A stretch of DNA of 52,685 nt from Burkholderiaceae bacterium (GTDB lineage: Bacteria > Pseudomonadota > Gammaproteobacteria > Burkholderiales > Burkholderiaceae_C): the NCBI GenBank assembly GCA_031285125.1, contig JAITWT010000031.1, forward strand, positions 1-52,685, given 5' to 3'. Both the position numbers and the translations under genes were made by a program. Positions 10,687-22,192 of the stretch are shown here, in pieces. Every line of letters begins with the position of its first letter. Position 1 is the first letter of the stretch. The notes under the pieces are model-generated. The model did no database searches. It was not told where the DNA came from and saw only the letters and a list, made by a program, of their open reading frames with translations.

Positions 10687-12879
10687 ATGGTTGAAATCGA
10701 ACTGGACGGCCAAAAGGTCGAAGTTACCGAAGGCAGCATGGTGATGCATGCCGCCGAGAAGGCCGGCACCTACATTCCGCACTTCTGTTATCACAAGAAA
10801 CTCAGCATTGCGGCCAGTTGCCGTATGTGCTTGGTCGAAGTCGAGAAGGTCCCCAAGCCGGTGCCCGCCTGCGCGACGCCCGTGACCAAGGGCATGATCG
10901 TGCATACCCGCACTGAAAAAATCACGCGCGCGCAAAAAACGGTGATGGAGTTCCTGCTCATCAATCACCCGCTGGATTGCCCGGTGTGCGATCAGGGCGG
11001 TGAATGCCAGCTGCAGGATTTGGCGGTCGGCTACGGCGTTTCGAGTTCGCGCTACGACGAGGAAAAGCGCGTGGTCGGGCACAAGAATATCGGCCCGCTC
11101 ATCAGCATGGAAGAGATGAGCCGTTGTATCCACTGCACCCGCTGCGTACGCTTTGGCCAGGAAATCGCCGGCGTCATGGAACTGGGCATGATCAACCGCG
11201 GGGAACATGCGGAAATCACCACTGTGGCGGGCGGTACCGTCGATTCCGAACTGTCCGGCAACATGATCGACATCTGCCCCGTGGGCGCACTGACAAGCAA
11301 GCCTTTTCGCTTCAGCGCGCGCACCTGGGAGCTGTCGCGGCGCAAGTCGGTCAGCCCGCACGATTCGACCGGTGCCAATTTGATCGTGCAAGTCAAGGGA
11401 CAACGTGTGATGCGCGTCGTGCCCTTTGAAAATGAAGCGGTCAACGAATGCTGGATCGCTGACCGCGATCGCTTTTCCTATGAGGCGCTGAGCAGCCCCG
11501 ATCGCTTGACTGCGCCGATGCTCAAGCAGGGCGGTCAGTGGCATGAAGTGGATTGGCAAACGGCGCTCGACTATGTGATTCATGGCCTGCAAAGCATCAA
11601 AGCCGAACACGGTGCACAAAGCATCGGCGCGCTGGTCAGCCCGCACAGCACGCTTGAAGAGCTGTATCTGGCGGCACAACTGGTGCGCGGTCTGGGCAGC
11701 GACAACATCGATCACCGGCTGCGGCAGGCTCAATTCATCCGGACGCCGGGCGTGCGCTGGCTGGGGACTTCGATCGCTCGACTGTCGCAGTTGCAGCGTG
11801 TCTTGGTCGTTGGCTCGAACCTGCGCAAAGACCATCCTTTGTTCGCGCAGCGCATTCGCCAAGCCGCGCGCAAGGGTGCGGCGGTGAGCGTGCTGACTTC
11901 GGCGGCGTTGTTGCCGAGCCGTGATGCCTGGGCGATGCCGCTGGCGACGGCACGGGTCGTCGAGCACGACCGCTGGCTCGATGGTTTGGGGCAGATTGCC
12001 GCGGCCATTGCGCGCGTTACCGGCGCCGCGCTGCCGTTTTCCAGCACGAGCGAGCCCGATGACAACGCCCAGGCGATCGCGCAATCACTCCTGTCTGGCG
12101 AGCATAAAGCGATTCTGTTGGGCAATGCCGCTGCGCACCATGCACAGGCCGATGCGTTGCTGGCGCTGGCCAACTGGATCGGCGCGCAAACCGGCGCCAG
12201 CGTGGGTTATTTGACCGAGGCGGCCAATACCGTGGGGGCCCAGTTCGTTGGCGCGCAGCCGCAGGGCGAGGGTTGGGATGCGGGACGGATGCTGGCGGGC
12301 GGCTTGCAAGCGGCGCTGCTGCTCCATTGCGAGCCGCAGCGCGATTCAGCGGCGCAAGCAGGCGCGGCGGCGGCCTTGGCGAAAGCGCAAATGGTCGTCA
12401 CGCTCAGTCCATTCAAGACAAATCTTGAATTCAGCGATGTGCTGCTTCCGATCGCGCCGTTCACCGAAACACCGGGCAGTTTTGTCAACGCCGAAGGCCG
12501 CCTGCAAAGCTTCCACGCGGTGGTTCAGCCCTTGGGGGCGACCCGCCCGGCCTGGAAAGTGCTGCGCGTGCTCGGCACCCTGCTGAATTTGCCCGGCTTT
12601 GCGTTTGAAACCATCGCAGAGGTGTTGGCCCAAGCGCGTGATTCACGCGGCGCGTTGCCCGAAGGCGCCACACACCTGCCCGAGCAATGTCTGAATAATG
12701 CCAGTCAGGCTGATGTTGCCGCCGCTTGGGCAGCGCACACCAGCACCGTGGCTGCCCCTGTGACCGCGCCCATCTACCAACTCGATGGTCTCGTACGGCG
12801 TGCACCGTCCTTGCAACGCACGGCCGATGCGCGCCAGGCGGGCCACCCCGCAGCGCACAAAGAAGGAGCAGCAACGTGA
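10687..12879 (+). CDS. nuoG: NADH-quinone oxidoreductase subunit G
   Basis: 75-kDa subunit with [33 protein letters not shown] and [13 protein letters not shown] at 10687 is preferred over the TTG at 10669. Confidence 0.93.
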   Translation: MVEIELDGQKVEVTEGSMVMHAAEKAGTYIPHFCYHKKLSIAASCRMCLVEVEKVPKPVPACATPVTKGMIVHTRTEKITRAQKTVMEFLLINHPLDCPVCDQGGECQLQDLAVGYGVSSSRYDEEKRVVGHKNIGPLISMEEMSRCIHCTRCVRFGQEIAGVMELGMINRGEHAEITTVAGGTVDSELSGNMIDICPVGALTSKPFRFSARTWELSRRKSVSPHDSTGANLIVQVKGQRVMRVVPFENEAVNECWIADRDRFSYEALSSPDRLTAPMLKQGGQWHEVDWQTALDYVIHGLQSIKAEHGAQSIGALVSPHSTLEELYLAAQLVRGLGSDNIDHRLRQAQFIRTPGVRWLGTSIARLSQLQRVLVVGSNLRKDHPLFAQRIRQAARKGAAVSVLTSAALLPSRDAWAMPLATARVVEHDRWLDGLGQIAAAIARVTGAALPFSSTSEPDDNAQAIAQSLLSGEHKAILLGNAAAHHAQADALLALANWIGAQTGASVGYLTEAANTVGAQFVGAQPQGEGWDAGRMLAGGLQAALLLHCEPQRDSAAQAGAAAALAKAQMVVTLSPFKTNLEFSDVLLPIAPFTETPGSFVNAEGRLQSFHAVVQPLGATRPAWKVLRVLGTLLNLPGFAFETIAEVLAQARDSRGALPEGATHLPEQCLNNASQADVAAAWAAHTSTVAAPVTAPIYQLDGLVRRAPSLQRTADARQAGHPAAHKEGAAT

Positions 12880-13958
12880 TGGATTCCTTCTACAACTGGG
12901 GCAATGGTTTGGTCGCCGCGGGCTGGTGGACGGCCGGCGGCTGGCCCGTGGTATGGGCGCTGATTAAAATTATTTGCGTCCTGGTGCCGCTGCTGGTTGC
13001 GGTGGCCTATTTGACGCTGTGGGAGCGTAAGTTTCTCGGCTTTATTCAGGTGCGCCATGGCCCCAACCGCGTCGGTCCGTGGGGTCTCTTTCAGCCTTTT
13101 GCCGATGCCTTCAAGCTGCTGGTCAAGGAGCTGATCGATCCCAGCGCTGCGGCTTCCAATCGGGGGTTGTTCCGCCTTGGCCCGGTACTGGCGATCATGC
13201 CGGCGCTGGCGGCTTGGGTGGCGATTCCCTTCGGGCCCGAGGCCGTTATCGCCAACGTCAACGTTGGGTTGCTGCTCATCATGGCGATCACCTCGATCGA
13301 GGTGTATGGAGTCATCATCGCCGGTTGGGCTTCAAATTCGAAATATCCTTTTCTTGGTGCGTTGCGTGCATCGGCGCAAATGGTCAGCTATGAAATCGCC
13401 ATGGGCTTTTGCTTCGTGGTGGTCATCATGGTCTCGGGCAGCATGAATCTGGGCGAAATCGTCGCCTCGCAGGGCAAGGGGATCGCCGCCAGCATGGGCC
13501 TGGGATTGCTTTCCTGGAACTGGCTGCCGCTGTTGCCGATCTGCGTCGTCTACATGATTTCCGGCGTCGCCGAAACCAACCGTCACCCTTTCGACGTGGT
13601 CGAGGGCGAGGCCGAGATTGTTGCCGGTCACATGGTCGAGTATTCGGGCATGGGCTTCGCCATCTTCTTCCTCGCGGAGTACGCCAGCATGTGGCTGGTG
13701 TCGGCGCTGGCGGTGCTGATGTTCCTGGGCGGCTGGCTTGCGCCGTTTGATTTCTTGAACTTCATTCCGGGTTGGATCTGGCTGGCGATCAAGATTCTCA
13801 TCATGGTGTCGCTGTTCATCTGGATCCGCGGTACTTTCCCGCGCTTCCGGTATGACCAGATCATGCGCTTGGGCTGGAAAATCTTTATTCCCGTCACTCT
13901 CGTGTGGCTGCTGGTGGTCGGCATCTGGATGCAGACCCCGTGGAACATCTGGAAATGA
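12879..13958 (+). CDS. nuoH: NADH-quinone oxidoreductase subunit H
   Basis: MDSFYNWG... start overlaps the nuoG stop. Contains [26 protein letters not shown]. The track ORF start at 12726 is a spurious extension. Confidence 0.94.
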   Translation: MDSFYNWGNGLVAAGWWTAGGWPVVWALIKIICVLVPLLVAVAYLTLWERKFLGFIQVRHGPNRVGPWGLFQPFADAFKLLVKELIDPSAAASNRGLFRLGPVLAIMPALAAWVAIPFGPEAVIANVNVGLLLIMAITSIEVYGVIIAGWASNSKYPFLGALRASAQMVSYEIAMGFCFVVVIMVSGSMNLGEIVASQGKGIAASMGLGLLSWNWLPLLPICVVYMISGVAETNRHPFDVVEGEAEIVAGHMVEYSGMGFAIFFLAEYASMWLVSALAVLMFLGGWLAPFDFLNFIPGWIWLAIKILIMVSLFIWIRGTFPRFRYDQIMRLGWKIFIPVTLVWLLVVGIWMQTPWNIWK

Positions 13959-13972
13959 GGGCAGGCGATGCT

Positions 13973-14479
13973 ATGACCACCACATCTTCACCTTTTTCGC
14001 TTAAGAACTTTTTCAAGAGCTTCATGCTCGTGGAATTGTTCAAGGGCATGGCCTTGACCGGCCGCTACGCGCTACGCCCCAAGTTCACGGTGCAGTATCC
14101 TGAGGAAAAAACGCCGTTGAGCCCGCGCTTTCGTGGGCTGCACGCGTTGCGCCGTTATGACAATGGCGAGGAGCGCTGCATCGCCTGCAAGCTGTGCGAG
14201 GCGGTTTGTCCCGCAATGGCGATCAGTATCGAATCGGCCGTGCGCGAAGATGGCACACGCCGTACCACGCGCTACGACATCGACTTGAGCAAGTGCATCT
14301 TCTGCGGTTTTTGCGAAGAAAGCTGTCCGGTCGATTCAATCGTCGAGACGAATATCTTTGAATACCATGGTGAAAAGCGCGGAGATCTGTATTTCACCAA
14401 AGACATGCTGCTGGCCATCGGCGATCGCTACGAAAAAGAAATCGCAGCAGCCAAGGCGGCAGACGCCCCTTATCGTTGA
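13973..14479 (+). CDS. nuoI: NADH-quinone oxidoreductase subunit I
   Basis: Two 4Fe-4S motifs, [12 protein letters not shown] and [15 protein letters not shown] at 13973 gives the usual length of about 168 aa. Confidence 0.93.
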   Translation: MTTTSSPFSLKNFFKSFMLVELFKGMALTGRYALRPKFTVQYPEEKTPLSPRFRGLHALRRYDNGEERCIACKLCEAVCPAMAISIESAVREDGTRRTTRYDIDLSKCIFCGFCEESCPVDSIVETNIFEYHGEKRGDLYFTKDMLLAIGDRYEKEIAAAKAADAPYR

Positions 14480-14498
14480 TTAACGCCGAGTTCGTCCC

Positions 14499-15155
14499 AT
14501 GGATATCAAAACCGGCTTTTTCTATTTGTTCTCGGTGCTGCTGTTGGTGGCGGCCTTCCGAGTCGTGACCGCGCGCAATCCGGTGCACGCGGCGCTTTAT
14601 CTGATGCTGGCTTTCTCGCAGGCCGCCGCCGTGTGGCTGCTGCTGGAGGCTGAGTTTCTCGCCATCGCGCTGGTCCTGGTGTATCTGGGCGCGGTGATGG
14701 TGCTGTTCCTGTTCGTCGTGATGATGCTCGATATCAATGTCGAGAGTTTGCGCGATGGCTTCTGGAAGAATTTCCCGCTTGCCGCCACCGTGGGCGTGAT
14801 CATCGCGCTGGAAATGGCCTATGTGCTGATGGGCGGGTTTCACGACAGCAGTGCCATCGCGCCCGACCAAGCATTGACGGCTGCCGCGCAGGGCTCGAAT
14901 GTCAAGGCGCTGGGGTTGCTGATGTACAGGGATTACGTCTACCCGATCCAGATTGCCGCGGTGATTCTGTTGGTGGCGATGATCTCCGCCATCGCATTGA
15001 CGCTACGCCGTCGTAAAGACAGCAAGTTCATCGATCCCAAAGATCAGGTTCACGTCAAGGCGTCCGATCGTCTGGTCGTCATGAAAATCGCGCCGACCGC
15101 ACCCGCCCGCCAACCCGATCAGCAAAGCGTCGATAACGCGAAGGAGCAGGCATGA
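14499..15155 (+). CDS. nuoJ: NADH-quinone oxidoreductase subunit J
   Basis: Polytopic membrane protein in the conserved operon position. Contains [13 protein letters not shown] and [16 protein letters not shown]. Confidence 0.92.
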   Translation: MDIKTGFFYLFSVLLLVAAFRVVTARNPVHAALYLMLAFSQAAAVWLLLEAEFLAIALVLVYLGAVMVLFLFVVMMLDINVESLRDGFWKNFPLAATVGVIIALEMAYVLMGGFHDSSAIAPDQALTAAAQGSNVKALGLLMYRDYVYPIQIAAVILLVAMISAIALTLRRRKDSKFIDPKDQVHVKASDRLVVMKIAPTAPARQPDQQSVDNAKEQA

Positions 15156-15460
15156 CACTGACCTTGGGCCACTATCTGACGCTGGGGGCGATCTTGTTCG
15201 CGCTGGCGGTGATCGGAATTTTTCTGAATCGCAAAAACCTCATTGTGCTGCTGATGTGCATTGAATTGATGCTGCTGGCGGTGAATATGAATTTTGTCGC
15301 CTTCTCCCATTATTCGGGCGATTACCACGGACAAATTTTTGTGTTCTTCATTCTCACGGTGGCAGCAGCCGAATCGGCCATCGGCCTGGCGCTGCTGATG
15401 CTGCTGTTCCGCAACAGATCGACGATTCATGTCGATGAAATCAACTCGCTCAAGGGTTGA
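15152..15460 (+). CDS. nuoK: NADH-quinone oxidoreductase subunit K
   Basis: 102 aa with three TM helices. Contains [12 protein letters not shown] and [14 protein letters not shown]. Confidence 0.94.
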   Translation: MTLTLGHYLTLGAILFALAVIGIFLNRKNLIVLLMCIELMLLAVNMNFVAFSHYSGDYHGQIFVFFILTVAAAESAIGLALLMLLFRNRSTIHVDEINSLKG

Positions 15461-15485
15461 ATCGCACAAGAACAAGAGCAAAACC

Positions 15486-17510
15486 ATGAGTGCAACGCTT
15501 TCTGCTTCTACGTTGCTGGCGGTTCCGCTGGCGCCCCTCATCGGCTCGGCCATTGCCGGGATTTTCGGTACTCAAATGGGCGGCAATTTGATCGGCCGCC
15601 GCATGACGCATTCCCTGGCTATTCTGGGGGTATTGATCGCTTTTATCATTTCGGCGCTCACGCTGCATAGCGTGATCGTCGATGGCGCCCGATTCGACGC
15701 GACGATCTACCACTGGATGACCATCGGCGCTTTGAAGATGGAGGTGGGCTTTTTCGTCGATGGCTTGACCGCCATGATGATGTGCGTTGTGACTTTCGTC
15801 TCTCTGATGGTGCACATCTACACCATTGGCTATATGGCTGACGACGAAGGGTACAACCGGTTTTTTGCCTACATTTCGCTGTTCACTTTTTCCATGTTGA
15901 TGCTCGTGATGAGCAACAACATGCTTCAATTGTTTTTCGGCTGGGAGGCGGTCGGCCTGGTGTCGTACTTGCTGATCGGTTTTTGGTTCAAGCGGCCCAC
16001 GGCAATTTTCGCCAACCTCAAAGCGTTTCTGGTCAACCGGGTCGGCGATTTTGGTTTCCTCCTGGGCATTGGTCTGATCGCCGCTTACGCCGGCACACTC
16101 AATTACCACGAAGTTTTCGCGCAGGCGAATACGCTCGCCGCGCAAGGATTTCCGGGGACGAATTGGCAGCTCATGACGGTCATTTGCATTTGCCTGTTCA
16201 TCGGCGCGATGGGCAAGAGCGCGCAATTCCCGCTGCATGTGTGGCTGCCTGATTCGATGGAAGGCCCCACGCCAATCTCCGCGCTGATTCACGCGGCCAC
16301 CATGGTGACGGCCGGGATCTTCATGGTCGCGCGGATGTCGCCCTTGTTTGAATTGAGCGATACCGCGTTGAGCTTCGTCCTCGTAATTGGCGCGATCACC
16401 GCGCTGTTCATGGGCTTCCTGGGCATCGTCCAAAACGACATCAAGCGCGTCATTGCTTATTCGACGCTCTCACAACTGGGCTACATGACGGTTGCGCTGG
16501 GCGCTTCGGCCTATTCGGTGGCGGTGTTTCACTTGATGACGCACGCCTTTTTCAAGGCGCTGCTGTTCCTGGCGGCGGGTTCGGTCATCATCGGCCTGCA
16601 TCACAACCAGGACATGCGCTGGATGGGCGGCGTGCGCAAGTACATGCCGGTGACATGGATCACTTTCCTGGTGGGCTCGCTGGCGCTCATTGGCACGCCG
16701 CTGTTCTCGGGTTTTTATTCCAAGGACAGCATCATCGAGGCGGTCAAGGCCAGCCACCTCGCCGGTTCTGGTTTTGCCTATTTCGCTGTGTTGGCGGGGG
16801 TTTTCGTTACGGCTTTTTATACGTTCCGAATGTATTTTCTGGTGTTTCATGGCAAGGAGCGCTACGACCAAAACCCCGAGGCGCACCATGGCCATGACGC
16901 GCATGGCGCGCATCATGGCGGACACAGCAGGCCGCACGAGTCCCCTTGGGTGGTGTGGTTGCCGCTGGTGCTGCTGGCGATTCCTTCCGTCATCATCGGT
17001 GCCATGACGATCGAGCCGATGCTTTTGGGCAGCTTCTTCAAGGATGCCATCTTCGTTGATGCGGCGCGTCATCCGGCAATGCATGAATTGACCGAGCACT
17101 TCCATGGCGTCGGCGCGATGGCCTTGGAGGGCTTGAAAGGCTGGCCTTTCTGGTTGGCGCTGGCGGGTGTGGTGCTGACGTACTACATGTACCTCATCAA
17201 CCCGGTCGTGCCTGCAGCGATCAAGCGCGCGTTCTTGCCGATCGATGCGCTGCTTGAAAACAAGTACTACCTGGACTGGTTCAACGAAAACGTGATCGCC
17301 CGGATGACGCGCGCGATCGGTACCGGCCTGTGGAAGGGCGGCGATCAGGGCCTGATCGATGGTGTTGTCGTCAACGGTTCATGGAAGGTGGTCGGTTTCA
17401 TCTCCAGCGCCGTGCGCCGGATTCAGTCGGGTTTTCTTTATCACTATGCCTTCGGGATGCTTTTAGGCTTATTCATCCTGATGTCGTATTTCGTTTGGTT
17501 TAGGCGATGA
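15486..17510 (+). CDS. nuoL: NADH-quinone oxidoreductase subunit L
   Basis: Antiporter-like subunit with FGWEAVGLVSYLLIGFW, SAQFPLHVWLPDSMEGPTP and YSTLSQLGYM. ATG at 15486. Confidence 0.94.
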   Translation: MSATLSASTLLAVPLAPLIGSAIAGIFGTQMGGNLIGRRMTHSLAILGVLIAFIISALTLHSVIVDGARFDATIYHWMTIGALKMEVGFFVDGLTAMMMCVVTFVSLMVHIYTIGYMADDEGYNRFFAYISLFTFSMLMLVMSNNMLQLFFGWEAVGLVSYLLIGFWFKRPTAIFANLKAFLVNRVGDFGFLLGIGLIAAYAGTLNYHEVFAQANTLAAQGFPGTNWQLMTVICICLFIGAMGKSAQFPLHVWLPDSMEGPTPISALIHAATMVTAGIFMVARMSPLFELSDTALSFVLVIGAITALFMGFLGIVQNDIKRVIAYSTLSQLGYMTVALGASAYSVAVFHLMTHAFFKALLFLAAGSVIIGLHHNQDMRWMGGVRKYMPVTWITFLVGSLALIGTPLFSGFYSKDSIIEAVKASHLAGSGFAYFAVLAGVFVTAFYTFRMYFLVFHGKERYDQNPEAHHGHDAHGAHHGGHSRPHESPWVVWLPLVLLAIPSVIIGAMTIEPMLLGSFFKDAIFVDAARHPAMHELTEHFHGVGAMALEGLKGWPFWLALAGVVLTYYMYLINPVVPAAIKRAFLPIDALLENKYYLDWFNENVIARMTRAIGTGLWKGGDQGLIDGVVVNGSWKVVGFISSAVRRIQSGFLYHYAFGMLLGLFILMSYFVWFRR

Positions 17511-17535
17511 GCGCCAGCACGGGAGAAAAATACAA

Positions 17536-19011
17536 ATGGGTCAGCTGAGCCTTGCCATTTGGATGCCGATCGCTTTCGGCGTCGTGCTGCTCGCGTTTGG
17601 GCGCGACCGCTACGCCAACAGCGTGCGCTGGGCGGCATTAATCGGGTCGATCGTCAGTTTTCTGGTGACGATCCCGCTGTATCTGCACTTTCAGGCCGGG
17701 ACTGCGAACATGCAGTTCGTTGAGCATGTGCTGTGGATTGCACCCTTCAACATCCACTATGCCCTCGGTATCGATGGCCTCTCGCTGTGGTTTGTGTTGC
17801 TGACGGCTTTCATCACGATGATCGTGGTGATTTCGGCTTGGCAGTCCATCACCGAGCGCGTCAATCAGTACATGGGCGCTTTCCTGATCCTGTCGGGGTT
17901 GATGATCGGCGTATTCAGCGCGCTGGACGGGATGCTGTTCTATGTCTTCTTCGAGGCAACGCTCATCCCGATGTACCTCATCATCGGCGTCTGGGGCGGC
18001 CCGAACCGGATCTACGCGGCGTTCAAGTTCTTCCTTTACACCTTGCTCGGGTCGCTGCTGCTGCTGCTGGCATTGATCTATCTGTACAAAATTTCCGGCG
18101 GCAGCTTCAACATTCTGGTGTGGCACGGCGTGAAGATCGGCCGCACTGCGCAGACCTTGCTGTTCTTCGCTTTCCTGGCGGCGTTCGCGGTCAAAGTGCC
18201 GATGTGGCCGGTGCACACTTGGCTGCCCGATGTGCACGTGGAAGCGCCCACGGGCGGCTCGGTGATTCTGGCGGCCATCATGCTCAAACTGGGCGCATAC
18301 GGCTTCCTGCGTTTTTCTCTGCCCATCGTGCCCGATGCCTCACATGAATGGGCATGGCTGATGATTACGCTGTCGCTGATTGCAGTGATCTACGTTGGCC
18401 TGGTGGCGCTGGTGCAAAAAGACATGAAAAAACTCGTGGCCTATTCTTCGGTCGCGCACATGGGTTTTGTGACGCTGGGCTTTTTCATCTTCAGTGATCT
18501 GGGTGTTTCCGGCGGCTTGGCGCAGATGATTTCGCACGGTTTTGTCTCGGGCGCGATGTTCCTGTGTATCGGCGTGCTGTACGACCGCATGCATTCGCGC
18601 CAGATTGCCGACTATGGCGGCGTGGTCAACACCATGCCCAAGTTCGCCGCTTTTGCATTGCTGTTTTCAATGGCCAATTGCGGTTTGCCCGGAACGGCCG
18701 GGTTTATCGGCGAATGGATGGTGATTTTGGGCGCGATCAAAGCCAACTTCTGGCTGGGTCTGGGTGCAGCCACAGCGCTGATTTGGGGCGCAGCCTACAC
18801 ACTGTGGATGTACAAGCGCGTCTATCTCGGTGCGGTGGGCAATGAGCGCGTGGGCAAGCTCCGGGATATCAATGGCCGCGAATTTTTCATACTCGCGCTG
18901 TTGACGATTGCTGTGCTAGGAATGGGGCTCGATCCCAAACCTGTCACTGACCTGATGAACCCCTCGGTTAGTTATCTGCTGCAACATGTTGCAGCCTCCA
19001 AATTGCCTTGA
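17536..19011 (+). CDS. nuoM: NADH-quinone oxidoreductase subunit M
   Basis: Antiporter-like subunit with FAVKVPMWPVHTWLPDVHVEAPT and AYSSVAHMGFV. Confidence 0.94.
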   Translation: MGQLSLAIWMPIAFGVVLLAFGRDRYANSVRWAALIGSIVSFLVTIPLYLHFQAGTANMQFVEHVLWIAPFNIHYALGIDGLSLWFVLLTAFITMIVVISAWQSITERVNQYMGAFLILSGLMIGVFSALDGMLFYVFFEATLIPMYLIIGVWGGPNRIYAAFKFFLYTLLGSLLLLLALIYLYKISGGSFNILVWHGVKIGRTAQTLLFFAFLAAFAVKVPMWPVHTWLPDVHVEAPTGGSVILAAIMLKLGAYGFLRFSLPIVPDASHEWAWLMITLSLIAVIYVGLVALVQKDMKKLVAYSSVAHMGFVTLGFFIFSDLGVSGGLAQMISHGFVSGAMFLCIGVLYDRMHSRQIADYGGVVNTMPKFAAFALLFSMANCGLPGTAGFIGEWMVILGAIKANFWLGLGAATALIWGAAYTLWMYKRVYLGAVGNERVGKLRDINGREFFILALLTIAVLGMGLDPKPVTDLMNPSVSYLLQHVAASKLP

Positions 19012-19037
19012 GTCCACGCTGAACAAGAGAACGACAC

Positions 19038-20582
19038 ATGATTGACAAACTCAGCTGGGTCACGATTTATCCCGAACTGGTGCTGCTCATCATGGGCTGC
19101 TTTATCGCATTGACCGACTTCGGGCGGACCAATGCGCGCCGCAGCCGCAGCTATGGGCTGACACTGGGCACGCTGGCCGTGGTGGTGGTGCTGACCGCGT
19201 GGCAAGCGTGGCAAGCTTCCACCCTGGTCGGCTCGACGTATTACGGTTTTGGAGACGGCTCCGGCTCCCGCTCCAATGGGCTGGTGGTCATGGATGCCAT
19301 GGGCAGCTGGCTCAAATGTTTCGCAGCGCTGGCGCTGATGGTCGGCCTGGTCTATGGCCGTCCCTACGCGGCGGATCGCAACATGCTGCGCAACGGGGGC
19401 GAGTTGTTCACACTCAGCCTGTTCGCGCTGCTGGGTATGTTCGTGATGATCTCGGGCAATAACTTCGTGATGATCTACCTGGGCCTGGAACTTTTGACTC
19501 TGTCCAGCTATGCCTTGGTGGCGCTGCGCCGTGACCACCCGCTTTCCAGCGAAGCGGCCATGAAATATTTCGTCCTTGGCGCGATGGCCAGCGGTTTTCT
19601 GCTCTATGGCTTGTCGATGATGTACGGCGCCACCGGCTCGCTGGATATCAATGCTGTCTACGCCTCGCTCAGCTCACACGAGGGAAGCCCTCAGGTCCTG
19701 GTTTTTGGACTGGTGTTTGTGGTTGCGGGTCTGGCATTCAAAATCGGCGCGGTGCCCTTCCATATGTGGGTGCCTGATGTGTACCAGGGCGCACCCACGG
19801 CGGTGACGCTGCTGATCGGTTCAGCCCCTGAGTTGGCGGCCTTTGCCATCATCATTCGTCTGCTGGTCGTAGGCTTCCAGCCCTTGACTTTCGATTGGCA
19901 GCAAATGCTTGCGTTGCTGGCGATTGCTTCGTTGCTGGTCGGCAACCTGGCGGCGATCGCGCAGACCAACCTCAAGCGCATGCTGGCGTATTCAGCCATC
20001 GCGCAAATGGGCTTCATGCTGCTGGGGTTGACCGCTGGGATCGTCAACGGTGATGCGAGCAATGCCTGGCGTGCCTACAGCGCCTCGATGTTCTACGTCA
20101 TCACCTATGTGCTGACCACGCTGGCGACCTTCGGCATCATCATGCTGCTGGCGCGCGAAGGCTTTGAGAGCGAGGAAATTGCTGATTTGGCGGGCCTGAA
20201 CCGGCGCAGCCCGCTGTACGCCGGGGTGATGGCGATTGCCATGTTTTCCCTCGCAGGCATTCCGCCGATGGTGGGCTTTTATGCCAAGCTGATGGTGCTG
20301 CAAGCGCTGATCAACTCAGGACAGATGGCATATATCGTCCTGGCCGTGTTCGCTGTACTGATTTCTTTGGTTGCAGCTTTTTACTATCTGCGCGTGGTCA
20401 AGGTGATGTACTTTGATGAACCCAGCAGCACGGCCGCCCCAGCAGCCATCGTCGCGCCGCGCCAGGTGCGTGTGGTGCTCGCGCTCAACGGTGCCTTGAT
20501 CCTGATTCTGGGCATCGTCCCCGGCGGCTTGATGAGTTTGTGCATGAAGGCCATCATCAACTCACTGACGACGACGAGTTGA
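19038..20582 (+). CDS. nuoN: NADH-quinone oxidoreductase subunit N
   Basis: Antiporter-like subunit with FKIGAVPFHMWVPDVYQGAPT and AYSAIAQMGFM. It is the last gene of the nuo operon. Confidence 0.94.
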   Translation: MIDKLSWVTIYPELVLLIMGCFIALTDFGRTNARRSRSYGLTLGTLAVVVVLTAWQAWQASTLVGSTYYGFGDGSGSRSNGLVVMDAMGSWLKCFAALALMVGLVYGRPYAADRNMLRNGGELFTLSLFALLGMFVMISGNNFVMIYLGLELLTLSSYALVALRRDHPLSSEAAMKYFVLGAMASGFLLYGLSMMYGATGSLDINAVYASLSSHEGSPQVLVFGLVFVVAGLAFKIGAVPFHMWVPDVYQGAPTAVTLLIGSAPELAAFAIIIRLLVVGFQPLTFDWQQMLALLAIASLLVGNLAAIAQTNLKRMLAYSAIAQMGFMLLGLTAGIVNGDASNAWRAYSASMFYVITYVLTTLATFGIIMLLAREGFESEEIADLAGLNRRSPLYAGVMAIAMFSLAGIPPMVGFYAKLMVLQALINSGQMAYIVLAVFAVLISLVAAFYYLRVVKVMYFDEPSSTAAPAAIVAPRQVRVVLALNGALILILGIVPGGLMSLCMKAIINSLTTTS

Positions 20583-20736
20583 TGGTGTGTGTCCTGCCAC
20601 GCCGGGGCTGCTCGAAAACAGCAAGGGCGTGGCCTTGAAGGCGGGTTTTGCTGGGGTATCAGGGACCGCTGGGCGCCCAGGCGGTTCAGGTACTGTCTCT
20701 GTTGATCTGCCTTTTGACGCCATGAACACGATCCAT

Positions 20737-20778
20737 ACCACGAGCGCCACACCATGAGCGCCATACCATGAGCGACAA
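20737..20778 (+). repeat. 3 x 14-bp tandem repeat spanning the NUDIX gene start codon
   Basis: The units are accacgagcgccac / accatgagcgccat / accatgagcgacaa. The third unit supplies the ATG at 20768. Confidence 0.85.
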
Positions 20779-21382
20779 GCGTCTGGAAGAAACCCGTATC
20801 AGCAGCGAACTGTTGTTCGAGGGCTGCTTTCTTCATGCGCGGCGCGATCAGGTGCGTTTGCCCGATGGCGGACAAACCGTGCGTGAGTACATCGTTCATC
20901 CAGGTGCCGTGGTGATCGTGCCCTTGCTCGACGATGGGCGCCTGGTGCTGGAGCGCCAGTACCGCTACCCGCTGGAGCGAATCATGGTCGAACTCCCGGC
21001 GGGCAAGCTCGATGCGGGTGAAGATCCACTGCTTTGCGGCCAGCGCGAACTGCGCGAGGAAACCGGCTACAGCGCCCGCGAATGGGCGCGCGCGGGAGTG
21101 ATGCACGTGGCCATCGCGTATTCGACCGAAGTGATCCACATCTACTTCGCACGCGGACTCATCTCAGGGCAACGCCGGCTTGATGAAGGCGAATTCCTGG
21201 ATGTCTTCGCCGCCACGCCGGAGGAATTTTTCCGCTGGTGCCGCGACGGCGTGATTACCGACGCAAAGACGCTCAGTTGTGCCTTGTGGCTTCAGAACGT
21301 CCTGGGCGGAACCTGGGCGCTCGATTGGCATGCCGCCGATCATCCCCCGTCCATCGCTGAAAATCACGGGCCAAACCCGTAA
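20768..21382 (+). CDS. NUDIX hydrolase (ADP-ribose pyrophosphatase-like)
   Basis: Nudix box GKLDAGEDPLLCGQRELREETGY. A gene of this type commonly follows nuoN in Burkholderiales. Confidence 0.85.
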   Translation: MSDKRLEETRISSELLFEGCFLHARRDQVRLPDGGQTVREYIVHPGAVVIVPLLDDGRLVLERQYRYPLERIMVELPAGKLDAGEDPLLCGQRELREETGYSAREWARAGVMHVAIAYSTEVIHIYFARGLISGQRRLDEGEFLDVFAATPEEFFRWCRDGVITDAKTLSCALWLQNVLGGTWALDWHAADHPPSIAENHGPNP

Positions 21383-21399
21383 CCGCGGCAAATAGCAGT

Positions 21400-21852
21400 A
21401 TGAAGGTTCTTGATTTGCAGTGCGCCCAAGGCCATGGTTTCGAGGGCTGGTTTGCTTCGGGCGAGGAGTTCGAAACGCAATCGGCGCGCGGGCTGGTCGA
21501 GTGCCCCGTATGCAGCGATCGAGCCATTTCCAAACGCTTGTCTGCACCGCGTCTGAACCTGGGCAAGAGTAAGCCGCAGGCGGCTTCAGAGGCTCCAGAG
21601 GCCCCATCGCCCGATGGCGCTGATCTGGCCCTGCAGGCGCATTGGATCCGTAGCGTGCGTGAAGTGCTCTCCTGTACCGAAGACGTGGGTGATCGCTTCG
21701 CTGACGAAGCCCGCAAAATCCACCAAGGCCAGGCTGCCGAGCGGGGGATTCGAGGGCACGCCACGCCGGAGCAAACGCAAGCGCTGCTTGACGAAGGGAT
21801 CGATGTCATGCCATTGCTGGTCCCCGAGAACCTCAAGGAAACGCTCCAGTAA
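21400..21852 (+). CDS. DUF1178 family zinc-ribbon protein
   Basis: MKVLDLQCAQGHGFEGWFASGEEFETQ...VECPVCS is the characteristic DUF1178 N-terminus. Confidence 0.75.
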   Translation: MKVLDLQCAQGHGFEGWFASGEEFETQSARGLVECPVCSDRAISKRLSAPRLNLGKSKPQAASEAPEAPSPDGADLALQAHWIRSVREVLSCTEDVGDRFADEARKIHQGQAAERGIRGHATPEQTQALLDEGIDVMPLLVPENLKETLQ

Positions 21853-22073
21853 TTGCATTTCCATATCAAAGAGGCCTTTGCCGGCTTCGCTTGCCGTGCG
21901 ACAGCACGGTCTGCGCAACGCCATCGCGCGCGGACTTGATTTAAAACGCTTAATCAGCAGCGCCCTTGATCCGGCCACTGGCGCTGCATTTGATTCCATT
22001 TTCGTTCGAAACGATAGAAATGATCCCGATTCCATCGTTCCCGCAAAGCGTCGATTGGGCGCGCTGGCCTGAC

Positions 22074-22098
22074 TCCCTCCCCCGCTGGGGGAGGAGGG
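22074..22098. repeat. GC-rich imperfect palindrome (CTCCCTCCCCCGCTGGGGGAGGAGG)
   Basis: Read directly from the sequence. It is REP-like and sits in the 450-bp DUF1178/methyltransferase spacer. Confidence 0.6.
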
Positions 22099-22171
22099 CT
22101 GGGGTGGGGGTCGCGCGCTGTTTGGCATAGGCGCTGTCTGTATTTCCAAGCGCCGCAAGCCCCCATCCCTG

Positions 22172-22192
22172 CCTTCCCCCAAAGGGGGAAGG
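22172..22192. repeat. Perfect 9-bp stem hairpin CCTTCCCCC-AAA-GGGGGAAGG
   Basis: Read directly from the sequence. It is a second GC-rich palindrome about 75 bp after the first. Confidence 0.7.

Noticed and set aside
9086-12084. Long minus-strand ORFs (507 aa and 536 aa) antisense to nuoF/nuoG
   Set aside because: They overlap well-supported nuo genes and have no motifs. This is the same high-GC antisense artefact.
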